A stretch of DNA of 64,000 nucleotides from NCBI GenBank assembly GCA_035361955.1, contig DAOSDC010000001.1, positions 75,114 to 139,113 of the forward strand, given 5' to 3'. This DNA comes from Bacilli bacterium. Its GTDB lineage: Bacteria; Bacillota_I; Bacilli_A; RFN20; CAG-826. Positions 59,089 to 64,000 of this stretch are shown here, piece by piece. The position numbers were made by a program, and so were the translations under genes. The notes under the pieces were generated by a model. That model saw only the letters and a list, made by a program, of their open reading frames with translations. It searched no databases and was not told where the DNA came from. Positions within the stretch are counted from its first letter, which is position 1; every line of letters begins with the position of its first letter.

Positions 59089-59508
59089 ATGATAGATTGT
59101 ATTTTTTGTAAAATCGTCGATGGAATCATCCCAGCGACGAAAGTATACGAAGACGATTATGTCTTAGCGTTTTTAGACATTTCGCAAACGACGGTTGGTC
59201 ATACGCTCGTGATATCGAAACAACATCACGATAACTTCCTGGCGACGCCAAAAACGGTGATGCACAAAGTGATGAACATTGCTCAGCGCGTCGGCCAAGC
59301 GCAAGTCCGGCAATTAGGCGCCCATGGCGTCAATGTGTTGACCAACAATTACAAAGCCGCCGGACAATCGGTGTTTCACTTTCACGTGCATGTGATTCCC
59401 CGTTATGATGTCAATGACAATCTGCGCATCGAAATGTATGAAAACGTTCATCGAGGCGAACTTAATTTGCCTGTTTTAGCCGGAAAGATCAGCGCTGGCA
59501 TCAAATAA
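59089..59508 (+). CDS. hit: HIT-family (histidine triad) nucleotide hydrolase
   Basis: It has the histidine triad HFHVHVIP and an N-terminal CxxC (CIFCKI). The start was moved to the ATG 8 nt after GAGAGG. Confidence 0.85.
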   Translation: MIDCIFCKIVDGIIPATKVYEDDYVLAFLDISQTTVGHTLVISKQHHDNFLATPKTVMHKVMNIAQRVGQAQVRQLGAHGVNVLTNNYKAAGQSVFHFHVHVIPRYDVNDNLRIEMYENVHRGELNLPVLAGKISAGIK

Positions 59509-59532
59509 AAAACGGCCGGAGCCGTTAATTAA
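59509..59532 (-). terminator. Rho-independent terminator downstream of yhaM
   Basis: On the minus strand the hairpin is AACGGCTCCGGCCGTT followed by TTTTA. Confidence 0.45.
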
Positions 59533-59536
59533 TAGA

Positions 59537-60481
59537 CTATTTTTTATTGAATTTAGGTTGATACAGACTGCGGTCGTCGAGCGCGTACACGCGTGAGGAG
59601 AAATCACCCGGCTCAACTCCTTCAAGCGCTTTTTCAGCCATGACCAATTTGGCATCCATGTCATCAATCATCGATAATAGCAACGCCTCTTTCGTCATCG
59701 GGATAATCGGAGAACCGAATTCCTGTTTGCCGTGATGAGAAATTACCATATGGGCCAGCAGTGTTCCAACTTCTTCGTCGACGCCAAGTTCCTTAACGAG
59801 ATTCAAAATCTCGGAAGTCATTAAGGTGATGTGGCCAATCAGTTTGCCGGTCACGGTGTATTTTGGAATAATCGGACCTGAAAGCTCCACCGTTTTACCT
59901 AAATCGTGAATTAAGATGCCGGCGATGAGCATATCGCGGTTCAAACCTGGATAATGGGGTAATATCGCTTCGCCTAAACGGACCATCGACAGCGTATGGT
60001 ACAACAATCCCGACGCATATTCGTGGTGGTTTCTGACCGCGGCTGGATAGGTAATGAATTGCGGATAATGATTTTTGATTAACGTTGTGACTAAGAGCTT
60101 GATTTGTCCGTGTTCAATCCCGTTGAGGACTGCTTCCAATTGACGTTCCATTTCCGCGACGGGCACAGGGGCTGCCATCGTAAAGCAACTTGGATCGATT
60201 GGGGTATCGACAATCGCCGCGGAGATGATTTTTAGTTGCAGGTTGCCCCGATAATTTAAAACGTCAGCATCGAGATTGACGATGTTCCCGACGGCGAATA
60301 CTTCGATGTCGGTCGGTGCCACATCCCATAATTTGCCGTCGATCGAACCCGTTTTGTCTTGAAAGCTAATCGTTAGATAGGTTGAATTGTTGGACGTCAC
60401 TCCTTTGGAAACGTTAGTAATCAAATATCGTCCCTTGATTCGTTGTCCGTCTTTAATCTCATTAATCCATTGTGTCATCAT
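59537..60481 (-). CDS. yhaM: 3'-5' exoribonuclease YhaM-like (OB-fold + HD domain)
   Basis: It has an N-terminal OB fold (…IKGRYLITNV…) and an HD domain (…HTLSMVRL…ILIHDLGK…). It is 314 aa long. Confidence 0.65.
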   Translation of the reverse strand: MMTQWINEIKDGQRIKGRYLITNVSKGVTSNNSTYLTISFQDKTGSIDGKLWDVAPTDIEVFAVGNIVNLDADVLNYRGNLQLKIISAAIVDTPIDPSCFTMAAPVPVAEMERQLEAVLNGIEHGQIKLLVTTLIKNHYPQFITYPAAVRNHHEYASGLLYHTLSMVRLGEAILPHYPGLNRDMLIAGILIHDLGKTVELSGPIIPKYTVTGKLIGHITLMTSEILNLVKELGVDEEVGTLLAHMVISHHGKQEFGSPIIPMTKEALLLSMIDDMDAKLVMAEKALEGVEPGDFSSRVYALDDRSLYQPKFNKK

Positions 60482-61301
60482 CTTGTTCCCCCAAAAGTGT
60501 ATTGATATTTGAATAATTATAACCTTTACCGATTAGGTATCGGATGATTCGGTCACGAAGTTTGCGTCCCTGCTCGTGTTTGTACTTGCGTTTAGCGATA
60601 TGATAATCGCGTTTTAGATTAAGCAATTCTTCCTCATTTGAAGGATGATCGAGTTTGTCGATCACACGGTTAATGAGCTCGTGACGGTAACCCCGACGCG
60701 CATAAAAGTCGTGGTATCCTTGATGTTTGGCAAGTCGCGACTTACTGGCGTGCAATTTTTGAACGCGGGGCCAAAGCGCTTGCGCCTTCTCAAACTCGAC
60801 CGCTTCGTCATAAACAAGTTCGCGGATGTATTTATCATCAATCCCTTTAGCTTTGATATCAGTGAGGATACGATCGAATCCTTCAAGTCGCGCATGGCCA
60901 TATTCGAATCGCTCCTGAACATAGTGAAGGTCATCAATTAGTTGATAGGCCGCCAGTTGTTGCAAAATCGCTTCAACCATCCACCGTTTTGCCCCTTTAG
61001 CGTATAGTTTTTCCTTGACTTGCTTCTGGGTGTAAAGACCTTTGCTCAAGAGATTGTGGGCATAAGTTTCCAGTTTCTCGATGGCGGCGTCGTCTTGTAG
61101 TTGTTGATACTCAGCTTCTGGTAACGTCTTGCCGATATATAAATATCGATCCGTAAATCGTTGATGGGAAATCGTGACTGTTTCATGTTCAAATGAGATG
61201 CGAACGCTTTTTTTAAGCGCGCGAATGCCGGTGATCGTTCTACCAGTATTTTCTAAGGGCACGGTTATACACCTCAATGATATGGTCATAAAAGCGGTCA
61301 A
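60462..61301 (-). CDS. recX: RecX-like regulatory protein
   Basis: It has three helical repeats ending in aromatic/Gly-rich turns (…LYAKGAKRWMVEAILQQL…, …LTDIKAKGIDDKYIRELV…, …FYARRGYRHELINRVIDKL). It is about 279 aa long. The exact start is uncertain. Confidence 0.55.
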   Translation of the reverse strand: MTAFMTISLRCITVPLENTGRTITGIRALKKSVRISFEHETVTISHQRFTDRYLYIGKTLPEAEYQQLQDDAAIEKLETYAHNLLSKGLYTQKQVKEKLYAKGAKRWMVEAILQQLAAYQLIDDLHYVQERFEYGHARLEGFDRILTDIKAKGIDDKYIRELVYDEAVEFEKAQALWPRVQKLHASKSRLAKHQGYHDFYARRGYRHELINRVIDKLDHPSNEEELLNLKRDYHIAKRKYKHEQGRKLRDRIIRYLIGKGYNYSNINTLLGEQDDDTMD

Positions 61302-62412
61302 TCGAATAAATATCGACAGTCTGATAAGCCGCGTCGATGATTTTATCTTTATTAGTAGGCGGCAGTTTCACCAAGCGTGCGAGTTTTTCGTGAAAATCAT
61401 CTTCGCTGTCAAAGAAGAAGCCGGTCACATTATCGATGATTGTATTTCGCAAATTATCGTCATAACGGGCTAGAACGATTTTTCCGCTTGCCATTGCTTC
61501 CATGAATGTTAAGCCTTGAGTTTCCGTAATCGAGGCTGACACGAACGCGTCGGCTAGATGATAGAAAAACGGAACGCGTCGGGATTCGACGGCACCTACG
61601 AACAGTACATGGTCGACAATACCCAACTTTACTACAAGTTTTGTCAACTCCGGGCGCGCTGGTCCTTCCCCGACAATAAGCAATTTACTTGGATGATCCG
61701 ATTTGGCGACAAATTTGGCGTATCCTTTAATCACGACGTCGATGCTTTTTTCAGGCGCCACGCGCCCAAGCGATAACAACACAAACTTGTCGGTAAGACC
61801 ATGGTCAATTTTGTATTGTTCCAATTCGGTTTGATTAATGTTTTCAAGTTTGAATTTGGAAAAATCGATGCCGGTTGGCACGATGTTGATATACCTATCG
61901 GTGCCATATTGCCGAAACGCATCTTTGGTCTTTTCCGAGGGCGAGATAAATTCGGTCGCTTGCATGGCGACGTATTTTGAAAAGCTCCGGACGACGCTTT
62001 TGGCTAAACGATCAAATGTTTCGCCTTTGCCAGCGTAATGGGTGTAGTCCTCATACATCGTATGATAGGTGTTGACGGTGGGCAAACCACTTCTTGTGGC
62101 GATGATTTTGCCGAAAATGCCAATCCCGGCTTCAGTTTGGATGTGCACTAAATCTAGATGCCACGATTGAATGATTTTCATCGCTCGCGAATTATAGAAA
62201 CTCGCAAGTTTGTAACCGTAAAGTTTTTTTAGTTCAATGCCGGGAATGTATAAAACATTGTCTTTGTATTCAAGGTGGTTGCTTAAGGCATTAGTCGTTA
62301 CCACATATGCTTGATGACCATTTTTTCGCAATATGTTAAAGAGGTTTTGGGTTGATATGGCGACGCCGTTAATCTGAGGGGGATACGTTTCCGAAAATAG
62401 GGCGACGTTCAT
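61240..62412 (-). CDS. GT4 glycosyltransferase, 1,2-diacylglycerol 3-glucosyltransferase-like (membrane glycolipid synthase)
   Basis: The N-terminus MNVALFSETYPPQINGVAIST is typical of GT4. The EX7E-like region is …ITETQGLTFMEAMASGK…. It is 390 aa long. Confidence 0.7.
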   Translation of the reverse strand: MNVALFSETYPPQINGVAISTQNLFNILRKNGHQAYVVTTNALSNHLEYKDNVLYIPGIELKKLYGYKLASFYNSRAMKIIQSWHLDLVHIQTEAGIGIFGKIIATRSGLPTVNTYHTMYEDYTHYAGKGETFDRLAKSVVRSFSKYVAMQATEFISPSEKTKDAFRQYGTDRYINIVPTGIDFSKFKLENINQTELEQYKIDHGLTDKFVLLSLGRVAPEKSIDVVIKGYAKFVAKSDHPSKLLIVGEGPARPELTKLVVKLGIVDHVLFVGAVESRRVPFFYHLADAFVSASITETQGLTFMEAMASGKIVLARYDDNLRNTIIDNVTGFFFDSEDDFHEKLARLVKLPPTNKDKIIDAAYQTVDIYSIDRFYDHIIEVYNRALRKYW

Positions 62413-62414
62413 GG

Positions 62415-63842
62415 TTAATCTTTCGTGGGATCGGAAGGATCGATTAAGAATTCATCGGTATCCAACGTCATTTTTTCTTTCAAGTGGCGTTCCGCGCTAA
62501 TGCGCTCGGCAATGTCCTTGCGTTTTTTCTCCAGCTCTTTGCGACGACGACGCGCTTTTATGCCAAGGAAATCACCAGTGACGTTTTTAAGTTGTTTCGC
62601 AATTTCGCGACGCGAAAGCTGCGAGGTTTCCCACATCGTATCGCTCGAGATTTTACGGATGGCGAATGTCGAACGCTGCAATTCGACGAATGTGCGACGC
62701 GTTGATTGGAAGTTGTCCTCTTGTGGAGCTGAACGGTAAAACGCGGATACAAAACCCGATACCACAAGCGTCAGATAGAAAGTTGTTGAACGCCATATTA
62801 ACTGCGGGGCAATCGTTGCGGCGTAAGAACCGAATAGCGACTGGAACAAGTGCGAGAAAAATAGTTCACTAGCGCCAGCCGAACCGGGAAGCGGCACCAA
62901 GTTGGTAATCACGTACAAATAGCTTGTCATAAATACGCCGTCCCATAACGTACCACTGATAGTAATCGTTGGAAGCGACATCGCAATGACCATCGGTAAC
63001 GAATACAAAACGAGATAACGGAACATGAATAACAAGTATAAGAAAACGGTAACCCGAATATTTGATTGCAAACGCCGTAACTCAATCCGGAAGTTCTCGA
63101 TTTGCACATGCAAATTGCTTTTAACGACTTCCGGATGTTTGATGATGTGCATCTTTCCGAGCAGGCCCACGATGCCATTAATTACGAAATCGTGGATGAA
63201 TTTTGAATAAGCTAAAAAGAATATACTGACGATGACGATAAAATTGAGCGTAAATCCGAAAATTGCCAATGAGATCGTCGGGAAATTGACGCCGAATAGA
63301 GTAATCGGTTGAATGATTGTCAAGAAGTCCTTGAGTTTAAAAATGACCGCCAGAAGGCCCCAAGTGACAAGCGCCATTTGATTAAGTAAAAAATGCATTA
63401 CCAAGATAGAAGCAGCGCTCGATATTTCCAAGCCTTGCTTTTTAAACGTATAGGCTTGAGCAAATTGACCGCCGCTATGGCCGGGCGTGACATTGTTGTA
63501 GAAAATGCCAATCAGGGCATTGCCAAGTCCTTTACCAACCGAGTATCTAGTCGTGTATAGACGCGCGAGAATGAATAAGATGATGCCCTCAATGAAAAAG
63601 GTTCCTAACACCAGTCCCATCGCCAACAAAATAAACTTGTAATCGACATTGACCATCGCTTCAAGCACAAGCGATAAATTGTCGCGTAAATTAAAATATA
63701 AGACGCCGCCGGTAATCAACAATACGATTGAAATATTGATGAGATACTTGCGGTGTACTTTTTTCGGGCGGTGGCGACCATGGACTTCCGCCTCGCGTCC
63801 TTCCGATAAGTCAATCGATAATGGGTCTTTGTTGTCGTTCAT
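62415..63842 (-). CDS. UPF0104 / lysylphosphatidylglycerol-synthase-TM-domain (flippase-like) membrane protein with charged C-terminal tail
   Basis: It is polytopic (about 8 TM), has a basic N-terminus, and ends in KARRRRKELEKKRK…. It is directly upstream of the GT4 gene. Confidence 0.5.
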   Translation of the reverse strand: MNDNKDPLSIDLSEGREAEVHGRHRPKKVHRKYLINISIVLLITGGVLYFNLRDNLSLVLEAMVNVDYKFILLAMGLVLGTFFIEGIILFILARLYTTRYSVGKGLGNALIGIFYNNVTPGHSGGQFAQAYTFKKQGLEISSAASILVMHFLLNQMALVTWGLLAVIFKLKDFLTIIQPITLFGVNFPTISLAIFGFTLNFIVIVSIFFLAYSKFIHDFVINGIVGLLGKMHIIKHPEVVKSNLHVQIENFRIELRRLQSNIRVTVFLYLLFMFRYLVLYSLPMVIAMSLPTITISGTLWDGVFMTSYLYVITNLVPLPGSAGASELFFSHLFQSLFGSYAATIAPQLIWRSTTFYLTLVVSGFVSAFYRSAPQEDNFQSTRRTFVELQRSTFAIRKISSDTMWETSQLSRREIAKQLKNVTGDFLGIKARRRRKELEKKRKDIAERISAERHLKEKMTLDTDEFLIDPSDPTKD

Positions 63843-64000
63843 ATTAGTTAATTAACCTAATGTATTATATCATAGGCTTCGATTTTTGCTGTCGCGGTTT
63901 ATGATTGAAATATCATAAAAAGACTATTTGCTAAAGATGAAAATATTCGCTTGGAAACATACAAATTCATTTATAAGATAGTATAATATTTAAGCATGTT

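Noticed and set aside
1-64000. Search for CRISPR arrays, tRNAs, tmRNA, SRP RNA, IS elements and integrases
   Set aside because: I saw no regularly spaced direct repeats, no tRNA-like T-arm/acceptor signatures, and no transposase or integrase-like ORFs. Only rnpB and the FMN riboswitch were found as structured RNAs.

Overview
This window is a gene-dense chromosomal segment, about 80% transcribed on the minus strand, from a low-to-moderate-GC Firmicutes-derived bacterium that uses the standard genetic code (TGA is a stop). Many lipoproteins with classic lipobox cysteines, the delta subunit RpoE, and a B-type RNase P RNA point to a Bacillus-like ancestry. The content looks Mollicutes/Erysipelotrichia-like: surface hydrolases are present and no peptidoglycan genes sit where Bacillus has pbpX and ponA. 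Recognisable core blocks are listed in transcription order on the minus strand. (1) cspA | ychF-ispF-argS-rpoE-fba | nrnA-suhB-5'NT-5'NT. (2) rsmG... wait this is correct further down: (2) fhs-DUF951 | two fused ATPase-permease ABC genes. (3) pgsA-cinA-recA-[3 inserted genes]-rny-ymdB-miaB-ricA-mutS-mutL-miaA-tcdA-fhs. This block is collinear with the B. subtilis recA-rny-ymdB...ymcB-ymcA-mutSL region. (4) rnpB-gpsB, a divergent KapD-like exonuclease-recU, and nth-dnaD. (5) hup, gpsA-der-cmk, ferredoxin, and an FMN riboswitch-ribU unit. (6) mnmG-rsmG | soj-spo0J and sufCDSUB. (7) a tandem of PrsA-like lipoproteins, hit, yhaM, recX, and a GT4 glucosyltransferase plus a UPF0104 membrane protein. 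An accessory-looking left end encodes a membrane-anchored endonuclease I nuclease, a BspA-type LRR lipoprotein, a secreted GH13 alpha-amylase, and a DUF1295 gene broken by one in-frame TAG. Two structured RNAs are missed by the ORF track: rnpB (about 37606..37963, minus) and an FMN riboswitch (about 46491..46635, minus). I found no CRISPR array, tRNA, transposase or integrase. I cannot point to a clearly novel multi-gene system such as a defence island. The most unusual items are the tandem MacB-like ABC fusions with very large extracytoplasmic domains, the nucleotide-scavenging operon, and the TAG-interrupted DUF1295 gene. Coordinates derived by hand from the sequence lines may be off by 1-2 nt. 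I sometimes corrected ORF-track starts, because the track extends ORFs to the furthest ATG/GTG/TTG.
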